A stretch of 64,000 nt of DNA. Source: Octopus sinensis (Eukaryota). This document shows, piece by piece, positions 12,710-26,705 of this stretch. The DNA lies in contig NC_043008.1 of NCBI RefSeq assembly GCF_006345805.1, positions 48,112,001 through 48,176,000 of the forward strand. The letters run 5' to 3'. The position numbers and the translations under genes were made by a program. The notes beneath the pieces are model-generated. The model searched no databases, was not told the origin of the DNA, and saw only the letters and a program-made list of their open reading frames with translations. Each line of letters starts with the position of its first letter. The stretch's first letter is position 1.

Positions 12710-14205
12710 GATTTTCTTTCTTTTTTATATCATTATTTCTTCTTTGTTTTTATTTCGTTCATTTTCTCATTCGTTTCTTTCTTTCTCTCTTTTCTTATCT
12801 TCTTTCCTCCTTCATCTTCCTTCTCTCTTTCTTCATCTTTTTGAAACTTTTCTTCATTCTATTCCGTATTTTCAAATCTCTCAACAATCATTCTTTCTCT
12901 TTCTTTCTTTCACTCATTCTTTTATTTTTATTTTCAGTAGTGTTTTTCAAAATTCTTTCTTCCGTCATAGACACCTCGTCTTTCTTCATTCCTTCACTTA
13001 TTCCAGTTCCCTTATTCTTCTTTATAGTTTTTTGTTTTTCTTTTTTTACCTAACTTCGTTTTCATTCTTCACTTTACATTTTTACCACTGTTTCCTTCTT
13101 TCTTCTTCGCCCGGTCTTGTTTCTTCCTTCGTGTCATGTCATTCTTCCTTTCTTCATTCTTTCTTTTACTTTTTACATTTCATTCTTCCTCCTCACTTTT
13201 CGTTCAATCTTTGTATTCTTTCTTCTCTAATATCATTCTTTTCTTTCCTCCTTTTTTTACCTTTTTCCAATTCGTCTTCTCCCTTCTTTTTTCCTTCATT
13301 CTTTCTCTCGTTATTTCTTTCTGTTCACACATTCTCTTCATTCCTTCCAAAATATTTCATTTACAGTTATTCTCTCCTTCCTTCTCGTATTCTTCGCATA
13401 TAGATCCACACTTTATTTTCTCCTCTTTCCTTTCATTCTCTTTCTTTCATCTCTATATCTTACATTGCATTACTTCTTATTCACTTATTTATTCCTTCTA
13501 TAATTTCTTTCACTCTTTCTTTTACGGTGTCATTCCTTCTACTCTCCTTCTTACTTTCATCTCAGTATTCCGTTATGTCTCTATTTTGTTTTCCTTCCTT
13601 TTTTATTTATTTCTTTCCACCCTTTCTTTCTTCATTTTACTTTTCCATTTCATTCGCCACCTCCATTCCTCTTCTTTTATTTTTCGATAAATTCATTCGC
13701 CCCTTCCGTATTTTTACATTGTTTCTTCTCTTATATCGTTCCCTCTTTCTTTCATGTCATTTTGCTCTCTCCCCTTCTCTCTCTTTCTCTCTCTCTCTCT
13801 CTCTTTCTCTCTTATTCCACACCTTTTATCCCTCTTCGAAATTCATTCTTCTCTTAGACTTTTCTTCCTTCACCTTCTTTCAAATTCTTATTTCTTCTAT
13901 TCTTCTCTTCATTGCCCCATTCTTCCTCGCTTTCTTCACTCATCCTACCTGCTGCCCGTCCATTATTTATTCCATTCTCCCAACAAACGCAATGTTTTTT
14001 GTCCTCTTTACCTTTCACCATTTCTTCAATAGTTCTTTCTCTTCTTATTTCATCTTCTGCCGGCCATAGAATTTCATTTTTTTCCTTTGATTTTATCTTC
14101 AATATTTTTAATTTATATTCTCTTGTTCATTATTAATTTACCATTTGTTGTTTTTCTTTGTTTTTCATTATTTCTTCTTTTAAAATTTATTTACTTTTTC
14201 CATCC
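12710..14205. repeat. ~1.5 kb aperiodic pyrimidine-rich (T/C) low-complexity tract
   Basis: Very few G on the + strand; the F/S/L-rich ORFs here are compositional artefacts. Confidence 0.85.
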
Positions 14206-14334
14206 TCTGGAAAAAAATCGACAGGTCACTGCTATAACAAAGTTTTGTTGAATAAATAAACGGTTTCTTTATAGAACAGGCCAACAACAAGAAGAAGCAG
14301 TTGCGTGACTTTCTCCTCATTATTATAAAAAGAG

Positions 14335-14416
<82 letters not shown>

Positions 14417-14417
14417 A

Positions 14418-14622
14418 AGTGGTGAACTGGTAGAACCGCTTGCACGCAGGACAAAACGCTTAGCAGCATTTCGTCCGTCCTTATGCTCCGAGTTCAAATT
14501 CTGTCGAGGTCAGCTTTGCCTTTCATCCTTTCGGGGTCGATAAAGTAAGTACCAGTGAAAGAACTGAGGTCGACTTACCTCCTACCCTCAAAATTGTTGG
14601 TCTTGAGCCAAAATTTGAAACC
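14418..14622 (+). mobile_element. SINE family A
   Basis: GGTGAACTGGTAGAACCG..GAGTTCAAATTC..TTTGCCTTTCATCCTTTCGGGGTCGATAAA; flanked by (ATT)n and (ATC)n. Confidence 0.85.
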
Positions 14623-14688
14623 ATCATCATCATCATCATCATCATAATCATTATTTTTATTAATATTATTATTATTAATATTATTATG

Positions 14689-14773
<85 letters not shown>

Positions 14774-14781
14774 GTAGTAGT

Positions 14782-14816
<35 letters not shown>

Positions 14817-14827
14817 GTTTATTATTA

Positions 14828-14865
<38 letters not shown>

Positions 14866-15019
14866 GTTATTGTTATTATTATTATTATTGTTGTTTTTGT
14901 TATTATTATCATTATTAATATACTGCTACAATCACTACTGTACTTAACGGAGGTAATGTCATTAAAATAATCGATACCTTGGCATGGCTCCGGTATTGAT
15001 TACCTTAATGATATTACCT

Positions 15020-15560
15020 CCATTTTGTTTTCTTTCAAACTCCTTCCGAACCGTTTTCCTGTTGTCTTCGAAAACTTTCTTTCTCATTTCTTTTCCCTTT
15101 CCTTTATCCTTCTGCACCAAACCCCGGTACTTTTATCCCGCGTTTTCTTTCAGCTGTATCTTTATCCCATCTGTTTTAATCTTTTGGCCTCTCTTCCTAA
15201 TCAATACTGCATACCTATTCACCTACAAACTGCATGTCAGTATCCTAGCTTAAATATCCTTACTGTTTGATCAAGAGAATAAAATCTTTCTTTCTTTTTA
15301 TGTCCACGTACACTTTGAGGTCACCCATGTATAATAGATTATATATTATCTCATAAGCAGTTCTATATATTCTCGGGTTGCTCGTCAAAGAAATCAATGC
15401 AATCGCGGAAATCAATGGAGACAGCGAATCTCCCAGAAATATCCCCTCCGGATTATCACATTTCTCAGTGATAAACTTCCGCTCTTCCCATAATCTCATC
15501 GTTTTTTGTTTTTTTTGTGATACACTATTGCATGTATCTCGTAATTTATTCAAGCGGCAG
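15020..15560 (-). mobile_element. R4/Dong-like LINE reverse transcriptase fragment
   Basis: ORF 15260-15553 contains GIFLGDSLSPL and NLLYMGDLKVY, decayed versions of GIFQGDSLSPL and HLLYMDDLKLY. Confidence 0.8.
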
Positions 15561-15600
15561 CTAAGTTCTTTCCTATCCGTACTTCTCTTATTATTATTAT

Positions 15601-16191
15601 TGAGTGAGAGAGCAGTTCATGCCATCAAAGTGACACTGGGGTAATATCGAAGCCCAATATACCCATCATGACTACCCGTCTGATAAATACACCAGGCACC
15701 AGCATCAAACATATGCGCGACATGGTATCTCATGAAACAACACATGACTTGCAGGTGGGGCCAGTTAGAATTTCTTCAGGTGAGTAGCCCATCCTGCTCA
15801 AACGGTCCCTGAATAAGGGGTGCTTTAGGATGTTGAACGAAACACCTATTTTCCAGAGGAACCATTCAAATCCAAAGAATCCCTCTCAACATGGCCATGA
15901 TGCTACTACTTCTGCTGTGATCAGAGATGCACATATCGTGCCACTAAGGGACATGCTCAACTGGTTAAGGTCAAACAACTGACAAGCAAACCTGTGGTAT
16001 TGAGCAGAATATTTGCTGTAGATCTTTTATACCAAGACAAAACAATGTACAGATAACACTTCCAGTCAGTTAAGATCAGAAGCCATGAGAGCCACTGCTG
16101 GTACTGCATCAGGGCATTTATACTGCATCGGGCATTGGTACTGCATCAGGGCATTGGTACTGCATCAGGGCATGGTACTGCATCAGGGCAT
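15601..16191. mobile_element. Interspersed repeat family D, long copy, bounded by (ATT)n
   Basis: First ~130 bp match 5319 and 5571; ends in five copies of a ~19-mer GGTACTGCATCAGGGCATT. Confidence 0.7.
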
Positions 16192-16206
16192 ATTATTATT
16201 ATTATA

Positions 16207-16242
<36 letters not shown>

Positions 16243-16290
16243 TATTATTAATAATAATAATACTATTATTATTATTATTATTATCATAAA

Positions 16291-16495
16291 GGCGGCGAGT
16301 TGACAGAATGGTTAGCACAGCGGACAAAATGATGCTTTGCAGCATTTCTTTCGGTTTTACGTTCTGAGTTCAAATTCCGTCGAGGTCTACTTCTCGATTC
16401 ATCCATTTGGAGCCGATGAAATAAGTACCAGTCAAATACTGGAGTCGATCTAACCGATTAGCTTTCCACCCAAATTTCAGACTTTGTGCCTGTAG
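16291..16495 (+). mobile_element. SINE family A
   Basis: GGCGGCGAGTTGACAGAATGGTTAGCAC..GTTCTGAGTTCAAATTCCG..AAGTACCAG. Confidence 0.85.
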
Positions 16496-16828
16496 TAGTA
16501 GTAGTAGTAGTGGTGGTGGTGGTGGTCGTCGTCGTCGTGGTGGTGGTGGTGGTGGTGGTGGTTGTGGTCATGGTAGTCGTGGTGGTCGTGGTGGTGGTCG
16601 TGGTGGTAGTAGTAGTAGTGGTGGTGATAGTAGTAGTAGTAATAGTGGTGGTGGTGATGGTGGTGGTGGTGGTAGTAGTAGTAGTAGTGTTGGTGGTGGT
16701 GATGGTGGTAGTAGTAGTAATAGTGGTGGTGGTGGTGGTGGTGGTGATGGTGGTAGTAGTAGTAGTAATGGTGGTGGTGGTGGTGACGGTTGTGGTGGTA
16801 GTAGCAGCAGCAGCAGCAGCAGCAGCAA
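16492..16828. repeat. Compound (GTG/GTA/GTC/GCA)n trinucleotide tract
   Basis: Direct reading; explains the poly-V and poly-T ORFs. Confidence 0.9.
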
Positions 16829-19037
16829 ACCTTTCCCGCTTGAAGGAAGAGATTTTGTTATTCGTTCTTTGCTCTTTCATAACAGGAATTCATTCCAACG
16901 TGATTACAGTTGTGATTGCCATAGATTATTCCTGCCGCAACAGCGGCCAACAAAATTCTTTGATGGAAAGTAAATATAAATCTCTTGTGTATCGGGCAGC
17001 AACTGGTCAAATAACAGCAACGATTCCAACTTGAACAGCAACATCAACAACAACGCTTTACTAAGGAAAAACATTAATCTTAACGCAGACGCGGCCAAAC
17101 GACGCTGACAGCGACGGAGTACACAATATGGCGGCATTTGTAAAACAAACTAAAAATGGTGACTATGATGACAGGGGATAAATTCGTTTGTAACATTTTT
17201 ATGTGGACGGATGGATTTGGGTCTTAATATTGATAACCGAGAGAAAAACAAGAATATTCCAGTCCGTTTATGATCAAGAATACATTTCCAAAAATAATTG
17301 TACAATGTTTGAGGAGAATAAAACAAAATAACTTTTAAATCTCTCCATGACAAAACAGCTTTGAAATGGAACTGTAAAAGATTTTGAAGGATTAAAGAAT
17401 TTAGGCCAAGAATAAACTATATGAATAGGTTTTCCTTGAAATAGTCAAACTATTCGTTAATCCGGTTAGTGTAGAAATTTGGCGTTGGAAACTATGCTTT
17501 GAGCATACATTATTTGGCTCCTTGTCTTATATTCTTATCTAAGCTGACCCAGATCACGACAATAATGCGCTCCCTCAACACTATCTCGATCCACTAACCT
17601 CAGGATTACCAACCACTATTTGACCAAATTCATATTGACATATTCAGGAAGTAGCTGCCAGTGAGTCAAAACTAAACTGGTTTAAGAGTTGTTTTGGGGT
17701 TTTTTTTTTTTACTTTTTTCTTTTCCTAACTCTCTTTCTATAGAATCTCAGTGATTATGTCTAAGATGTCAGTCAAGTCCCCAACAAACACAAATGCGCA
17801 AGCAGACCTCCGGAATGTTTCAAAACATAGTTTAGGATTTATAGAAAACATAATCGGTGGTCTGTACGTCTAATATACATATGTTGTATACACATCTGAT
17901 TAAGTCTTAACATCTGACTTCCTTTCCTTTGAATGAATTATTTGATACAAGGTCGCCAGAAACGTTTCAAATGGAAATGATTTGTGTTAGAAAATAATCC
18001 AAAATGAAAATGTTGCCGGTAAATATTATATACGTACATATAGATAGATAGATAGATACATACATACTACATACATACATACATACATACATACATACAT
18101 ACATACATACATAGACGGAAAGACACACAGACAGAGAAACGGACGGACGGACAGACAGACAGACAAACCTACAGATATATTGATAGATAGATAGTATAGA
18201 TATACACGTATATATATGCAAGTATATGTATGCATGCATGTATACATACGCACATTCATGCACACACATGTATGTATGTATGTATGTATGTATGTATGTT
18301 TGTATGTATGTGCGTGTATGTTTGTATGTATGTATATATAAAGATTATATGATGTCGTTCATTATCAGTTGGTAATTTTAAAATATTTAATAAGATTTTT
18401 ACATTTAAGACTTAAAATGTTTAACATGTTGCACAAATCGTGTTGGGCGCATTCCTAACAAAGTAGCCTTCATCTCCTCATTTAGCCTAACCTGACAATT
18501 ATGATTTAATGCCATGTCTTAACAACTACACCATACGCCTTCTCATTTATCAGCTTCATCTTGGTATCTTTCTCTTTCATTCTAGAACCATTATAAAACC
18601 CAGCATGAGCTCATGGAAAGCGATTTTCCGCTTTTCAGAACTATTTCCAAGTGAAGCCTTTTAGCACCTTTTAAAGGAATTGTATCTTTTTGATCCTCCT
18701 GGTTGAAAGATGTGGCACCGAAATTTAAATCTGGGTTTTTCTTTTATTGCTATTATAGTAGAGATATGTTGAAGTATTTCTTAGCTCATGGTTTGATCCT
18801 GAGTTCAAGGGAAGTCGCCCTGTGTTGGTTGTCATAGTAACATATCACTTTGATTGACATCCCTTCCTTCCTCGATACACACGGTAAACTGAGGTACTAC
18901 AACTTAGAAATGAAGAAATGAGAGCTTTCCTTTTGGTTTCCAATTTTCTTTTAGTAACTTTTCTCGTATGATGAATCTTATATATATATATATATATATA
19001 TATATTATCAGTTTTAATCATCACCATCACCATTATT

Positions 19038-19073
<36 letters not shown>

Positions 19074-19745
19074 GTCGTCGTCGTCATCATCATCATCATA
19101 TATGCCATCATAGTGGTGCAATTTTCTCCTGAATGTCGCCGCCAAACTGATCACCCAATGGCTTACATAGACGAGTGGTCATCTGCCATATACGTAGTTT
19201 ATCTTCCTTACATCTGTTTGTTTATAGATTTTTTATTGTAATCAAGTGTTTTCATGACAATATCTACAATATCTAATGCTTCATAGCCTTCAGAAACAAC
19301 TAATATTTTTCTTTTCTTTGTATTGAGGAATCTTTTTTTCTTTTTTCCTTCTTGTAATCCTCGTCTCTCGTTCATTTCTGTATTCACAACATATTATTTA
19401 TTCATATGCACCGAACATGGCGCAATTATCTCCGTTTTCAACGCTGACAGACAACAGATACCTATCTACTTACAATCTCAACATTTTCCCACTTCTTTCA
19501 ACAAAATATTTTCATCGGCTGCAAATGAATTATTCGCATGTCTTTATATGCGTGTGTGTGTGCGTGCGTGTGTGTGTGTGTGTGTGTGTGTGTCTGTGCG
19601 TGTGTGTGTGTGTGTGTCTGTGTAAGAGTATGTATGCGTATATATGTGTAGCTGTCTCTTTCCTTCTATATACGTACGTGTCTGAGTGTATAAGCACACA
19701 CACCCACACATACGCACGCACAAACACACATACACACACATATCA

Positions 19746-19776
<31 letters not shown>

Positions 19777-20018
19777 GGCACACAGAGCGAGAGAGAAAAT
19801 AGAATCGCATCTGTTTGTGTGTGTGTGCCAAGACATGTTGCCATGCAGTACAGCAAACATTACGACGCAATGTCCTTCTACCAAAACGTTTTCCTTTAGT
19901 TTTATCAATGTAATTCCTGGTCTACACAACCTGACAACCAGCATTCTTGTGGCTACGGAATATCGCAAATTCGCTGATTTTCTCTTATTTTTCTTGTTTA
20001 TTTAGTTGCCTTTCTTTC

Positions 20019-20080
<62 letters not shown>

Positions 20081-20097
20081 CACACACACACACACAC

Positions 20098-20128
<31 letters not shown>

Positions 20129-20281
20129 TTCACACACACATACACATTCACACACACACACTGCCTGAATATTTTTGAAACATGAATCGAATGTTTGAAG
20201 AAAACGCTTATCTTTATAGTTTTTTGAAAATCTTGATGAACGACTCTTGCGTAAACGACTGCTTCAACACATACACACATC

Positions 20282-20322
<41 letters not shown>

Positions 20323-20618
20323 AAATATGTGTGTGTGAATGTGTAAATCTCTGTTGATTCACCAGAAGCAGTAGATTTCGGGACTCACTAGAAATGTTGA
20401 GTATTCTTTGAGATATTGTAACTGAAAGGCTCCAATTTCCAGGACTCAGAGCTGCCCGTTTCCAATTATCAACTGATAAAAACTAATGCAAATTTCGAAC
20501 AGGGTATAGCTGTGAAAAGAGCCCAGAAAATTGGGTAATACCCCCTACAAAATGGGTTGGGGAGAAAAGATGCCAACAGGTGGCTACACAAAATTCAACT
20601 CTATACATAATTCATAGA

Positions 20619-20892
20619 GTGTCTTCTACTAGCCTCGGGCCGACCAAAGCTGACCAAAGCCTTGTGAGTGGATTTCATATGCATATGTGTTTGTGTCTGT
20701 GTTTGTCTGCCCAGCGCCACCACTTGACAATCGATGTTGGTGTGTTTGCGTCCCTGTAACTTAGCAGTTCGGCAGAAGCGACCGATAGAATAAGCAACTG
20801 GCTTACAGGGAATAAGTCCAAGAGTCGATTTCTTCGACTAAAGGGCGGGGCTCCAGCATGGCCACAATCAAATGACTGAAACATGTAAAAGA
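20619..20892 (+). mobile_element. SINE family B (5' truncated)
   Basis: GTGTCTTCTACTAGCCTCGGGCCGACCAAAGC...CTCCAGCATGGCCACAATCAAATGACTGAAAC. Confidence 0.85.
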
Positions 20893-21076
20893 ATGGTTTT
20901 TTTTCGAATATTCACTTTCTGAATATTTTTTGAAATATGGAACGAAAGTTTGAAAGAAACGCTTACCGTTATGGTGTTTGTTTAAATCTTTAGGAATGAC
21001 CAACGGCTATTTCAAGCTCACGCTTTTGTTTACATTTCTGATTTTCGTGGTATTATAAACGTCTTGTAATATTTTA

Positions 21077-21262
21077 CTAGCTGGACCCGTGAAAACTTCA
21101 CGGAAAGTATAAAAAATGTAAGCATCTGTAAAGTGTGTGATGGTGTCATGACAGATGTTTCTGTATTGTGACACAGAATATGGAAAGAAGTGTAAAACCG
21201 ATAACTATATAATCCAACCAAAATATCTCAGTTACGCAAACGCAAACAGAATTACTATTTAG
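21077..21262 (-). mobile_element. Second non-autonomous Helitron-like element (3' end clear, 5' end uncertain)
   Basis: Minus strand ends CCGTGAA-GTT-TTCACGG-GTCCAG-CTAG|T, a hairpin plus CTRR terminus. Confidence 0.6.
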
Positions 21263-21589
21263 CCTTAAAATACATCAAACATATTCAAAGAACCCTCTTG
21301 GTTGAGTGGTCCGGAACATTTTTCTGGCATTCTTTTATTCTGTGTAACACACGCCACAGGTGCTTACGAAAGAAATGTTAGCATATTAATGTTTAGGATT
21401 GCCGTGAGAACCAGAAATGAATGCAAAAGCGTGAGCTTGAAGCGGCCATTTTTGCATGGGTCGTTTACAAGAGGTTTTAAACAAAAAACGTAAGGTTAAG
21501 CGTTTCCTTCAAACCTTCATTTCGAAAAATATTCAGACAGCTTATATTGGCAAAGCAAACCAGACTCGGTTTCGCATCTATCTTATCTA

Positions 21590-21632
<43 letters not shown>

Positions 21633-23798
21633 ATATGAATATATGTATATATATTTGTCAGCGGTACTGTCGGTGGATCGAACTCTGAACAACGCGTATA
21701 TGATATGCATATATACACGCATGTATATGCATCTATATGTATGTCTATCTATCTAAATAGATAGGTAGATAGATAGACAGACAGACAAACGCGCGTGCAC
21801 ACACACACACACACACAAGCACATACGTTATATATATACGTATATGTGTGTACATACACGAAGCCACATAGACGCGCGCGCGCGCTGACACGTGCATATA
21901 TTCTTTCTCCATCAATTCCCCGTCTCCCTCCCAGTTATTACTCCTCATCTTACACTTATCTAAACTGACTGTCGTCATTTTTTGACAGCTTTGTTTTTCT
22001 TCTTCTTGTTTCCGTTTCTTTCCATTTTTAATAATAATCCTGTGACTTCTCTCACTGAAAAAAACACACACCTCACCAATTTCAAATTTTTCAATAACGC
22101 ACTCTAAATAATGTTATTAATTTTCTTCTTCTTCTTTTTTTTTCCTGTCTGATATTATTAATGTATCTTCCTTCCGACTGATTACATTACAATTATTTGT
22201 TATTACTCGTGCAATACCGATCTAGCAACGCCGCATTCATTTATTGCTCACCTTACTTCCAAAAAAATATTCTTGTATTAGTTTCTCTTTCTGACTTGTT
22301 TAATAACGTATTTTTTTCTAATTCATTTATTCCTGTATATCTTACATATACATTTGACTTTAATTTAATTCCTGGCACTCTCTGCCTTTATCCATTTATA
22401 TTTATGAGTCGTTCAAAGTTTTCTTTATTTCAATGTTGCTTTCCCATATTAATTCCATCACTGGCATCATCTTCGTGGATCCCCTCTTTCACACCTCTCC
22501 ATTCTTAGTTCTGCCGTTTTATCACTGAGTCTGGTTATTTTCCTGCTTCCTAATTTTACGAATCTTTAGGAATTTTTTAAAACTACTTTCGGAACTAAAA
22601 CCTTATCTTTTACGTCTGTGATATCCTAAATTTCCGCCAAGCTTCTTTACTTTCCTTCCAACTACGACATATTTTCAGTCTTTCAATTCCTTCGCATCTC
22701 TTTCCAAGCCCCCCCCTCCTCTTCCCATTAAGTAGACATATACATTCACATTCGCACTGTTCGCATCACAGACATACTATTGTCTCACACATGCGCACTG
22801 ATGCTGACCATCACATATACCGACTCTGATGTCTACTCTTCTTGTTGCGCAGGTCCGACATTTCTTCTTTGTGCACCGCCTTTCTTCTTCTTCTTTGTCC
22901 CACAAACCACCCACTTCCTTCCGCCATTCTTACCGTGGCTCCTTTTTTAGCAACACACAGGGGTTACTTTGTTTGGGGTGGGGAGCAAAACGATAAGCCT
23001 CTCTGTTTCCGAAGAAAGGGAAGGGATTTCCATGGTCTTTCTAAAGAAAATTTGAAGGAAGCCGTAGCTCACGTGCGGGTAGATATGTGCTCTGCCAGCC
23101 GAGGCGAGCGATATAGAAGCATGCGCCTGGCTTTTAAGATGGAAGACGTTGTGAGGACGCAAGTAGCGGTTGTGATCCCTACGCCTGCCAACAGCTTAAC
23201 GTCGCATTACATGAGTCTCTGGAATAGCGAGATCACAGTGAGAAAAAACACCAACGAGGAACTGTCGCCTTTGTGCAAAGTATAAACATATGAAAGCCGA
23301 GGTAACCTGCGACAATAGGTAATCGAGAAGACACTATACGATTGCTTTTATTGTAATAAGCTCTGAAGAAACGAAGAAATTGATTAGATTGTTGGTGCAA
23401 GGCACAAGGCCCAGTTCCTACGCATAGTAAAGGCCAAATAAGGATCTTCCGTCGAGAAGAAGAGACAAAAAGGAAGGAAGGTAACAGCAGTAGGTATGGC
23501 GACAACAGAAAGGGAAGGGACTTCCATGGTCTTTCTAAAGAAAATTTGAAGCATTACTCCTTTTCCAATTGTTTTCTCGGTGACATATCTCGTAGCTCAG
23601 GATATCGGAAGCAAATGAGATTGGCTTCATTCACAGAACCACAAAAACTAGAGTGTAATGTCAATCATGAACCCAAGAAGTCAATATCACCGTTTTATAC
23701 AATATTATTGTATGATTCGTTTTCTGTTGTATGTATAATGCCTGGTGTCCAATAAGGAAAGGATTATAACAATATTATTATTATTATTATTATCATTA

Positions 23799-23866
<68 letters not shown>

Positions 23867-24350
23867 GCCTTTGCACAGCTTCTAACACTGGTGATGTACT
23901 ACAGTGTCAGCTGTTCACTACCAGTAAACTAAGGTAACACCCCTTATTTTTTCGAGCACCATCCGGAATATTCGAGCGGTTCCAAGCAGTGCTGTTTTCT
24001 GCAAGTGCTCCACCTTTATTGTAGCCCCTATTTGTTCCATGTACTTCTCGAGATTTTTACTCACTGTTTCCATGGCTCCGACAATTATTGGTATTACTAC
24101 CATCTTTTTCATAGACCACAACTGCTTAACTTCCCAAGCTAACCTGTCAAATCCATCGACTTTTCTTTCTTCCTTATCGCATACCTTGTTGTCAGCTGGG
24201 CAAGCTATATCTATGATCCAACATACTTTGTTCTCTTTCTCAATTAAGACTATCTCTGGCTTCCTATTCTCTATCTCATGGTCAAACTGAGTCATAAAAT
24301 TCCATAGGATCTTTGCATTATCATTTTTGATGATGCATTCAGGTTTATGG
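23867..24350 (-). mobile_element. R4/Dong-like LINE 3' end with restriction-like endonuclease domain
   Basis: ORF 23918-24295: RKPEIVLIEKENKVCWIIDIACPAD..KEERK (PD..D-type RLE), VIPIIVGA, LQKTALLGTARI; short 3' UTR then (TAA)n. Confidence 0.9.
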
Positions 24351-24424
24351 GCATCATCATCATCATCGTCATCATCATCATCATCATCATCACCACCATT
24401 ATTATTATTATTATTATTATTATT

Positions 24425-24465
<41 letters not shown>

Positions 24466-24477
24466 AATCATTATTAA

Positions 24478-24519
<42 letters not shown>

Positions 24520-25313
24520 CATTATTATTATTATTATTATTATTATTACTGATGTTGTCATTTTAAAGTCTATCAATATTTATTGCAATTTGAAGTACAA
24601 TGTGTTTTCCATTTTTCTTAAGAAAGTCACAATGAGAAGAAATTAAGGCGAACCGAAAGAAGCGAATGTCGGGGAAACTTCGCTGTGACAACTTGGTAAA
24701 CAGAAAGAAACCAGTTGTTCTTCAACCAGAGTAAACAATTCAAATAAATTTAGTAACAAAAAAAAGGCTTTTGATGTGTTTTAGCAAAATGTGCGGCAAT
24801 ACAAGTGACAGCTACAGTAGATGTTTGGTGGAGAGCATTGTTGAAGTGAATTGAAAACGAGTTGTTGAGCTGCTCTTCTCCTGTGGTCGCTTCTAAACAA
24901 TGATGGCGGACAAGAACAAATGTATTATGCGTGACTTGAACGAGGAAAAAAAATGGAGGAAAATTTATTAATATCGTTTACATTCATGACAACGTTGAGA
25001 GAGGAAAGGGGAAGGTGATATAAAGAAGAATAATGACAGCAGCAACAAGAACTACAACAAATGCAGCATCTGAAAGAATTTAAGCAACAGCAATAATGAA
25101 ACCAAAAAAAAATAGCAAAATAAACGGAGGAGAAGAACAACGACAGCGGGAATATTTCTGTAAATGTTGGATGTGAGTGGAAGGTCTGCGAGGAGAGCTA
25201 TTTGTCATCTATGTTTATTTTCACTGTTTATCTAAGAGACGTGCATCTGAATCAAGATCTCTTTCACAGATCCATTAGAAATTCACACGCACGCGTGTGG
25301 ATTTATGCTCCGG

Positions 25314-25356
<43 letters not shown>

Positions 25357-25433
25357 GTGTGTGTGTGCTTACACGTATAAATACATTCACAGGTTTATTT
25401 ATATTTAGTGTATTTATCATTATCTTTATTTTG

Positions 25434-25514
<81 letters not shown>

Positions 25515-25859
25515 TATCCTCGTGTTTTCAATAGTTTTGTGTGAATTTCTCCTTCCCCACCAGATGCTGCACTTCCACCCCCCTCACTTCTGTGCAGCAT
25601 TTATCATGTGGCGGGGAACAACTGTGTTTGTATATCACATCGGCTTTCCCTTCGTTGTGGAGCTTGTTTTGTTGTTTCTGTTGCTATTTTTTAAGATTTC
25701 TTCTGTTGTGAATGTTGTGCAGAATATGTACAATGGTTGTTGTGTGGTCGATGTTATGTCGATGGTTGGTTTGTGTTTTAATGATGTTGCGTGGTTGACG
25801 CTTTGCTGTTGTTTGCGTTACAGTTCTGGTGTGTAGTTGATGTTTTAATCAGAAAATAT

Positions 25860-26150
25860 TAGAACGTCTATCAAGCATTAATCTGAATGGTTTGCTTTGA
25901 TTTTCTTTTCAGTTTGACCATGTCCAGGATGTCTGGGTCCGAATCCTATTTGTGTACCGCCCTTGGTGCATCTTTATACCACAGCTTTACTCTGTTCCTG
26001 TAGAAATGTCGTCTTGATAGTGAACGTAGTTGCCGAACTGATCGTGTCTGAAGATATTTGACAAAGACCAGACAACAGAAAATAATGTGGTCAGTTGTTT
26101 CATTATTCTGATAAAATTGTCTGGAATTGGTGTCAGTTTTTTGTTTTCAT
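25860..26150 (-). mobile_element. R4/Dong-like LINE fragment (zinc knuckle to RLE start), highly decayed
   Basis: Minus strand gives NETTDHIIFCC, RHDQFGNYVH, WYKD and PDIL in shifting frames. Confidence 0.6.
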
Positions 26151-26152
26151 AA

Positions 26153-26496
26153 TCGCAGGCGAGGCTGCGTGGTAAAACGCTTGCTTCCCAACTACATTCT
26201 TCCGGGTTCAGTTCCACTACGTGGCAACTTGGCCAAGTATTTTCTATTCTAGCTTCGGGCCGACCAAAGACTTGTGAGTGGATTTGGTCGACGGAAACTG
26301 AAAGAAACCTGTCGTATATATGTAGCTATATTTGTGTATCTTCGCGTTTGTCCCCCAACACCGCTTGACAACCGGTGTTGGTATATTTACGTTCCCGTAA
26401 CTTAGCGGTTTGGCAAAAGAGACCAATAAAAAATGTTCTTTAATGTGGTGTCCTAGCATGACCGCAGTCTAATGACTGAAAAAAGTAAAAGATAAA
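26153..26496 (+). mobile_element. SINE family B
   Basis: CGCAGGCGAGGCTGCGTGGTAAAACGCTTGCTTCCCAAC..GGGTTCAGTTCC...TAGCATGACCGCAGTCTAATGACTGAAA. Confidence 0.88.
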
Positions 26497-26506
26497 ACAT
26501 AATAAT

Positions 26507-26705
26507 AATGGTCTCAAATTTTGCCACAAAGACAGCCATTTTGAGGAAGGGTATGAGTCGATTACATCGACCTCAGTGTATAACTGGTACTTGTTTTATT
26601 GATCCCGAAAGGCTGAAAGGCAAAGTCGACCTCGGCGGAATTTGAACTCAGAACGTAGCGGTAGATGAAATACCTCTCAGCATTTCGCCCGGTTTACTAA
26701 CGATT
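26507..26705 (-). mobile_element. SINE family A
   Basis: GAAAGGCAAAGTCGACCTCGGCGGAATTTGAACTCAGAACGTAG; a more decayed plus-strand copy follows at ~26750-26930. Confidence 0.85.

Noticed and set aside
12646-14069. F/S/L-rich membrane-protein-like ORFs
   Set aside because: The pyrimidine tract lacks stop codons by composition.
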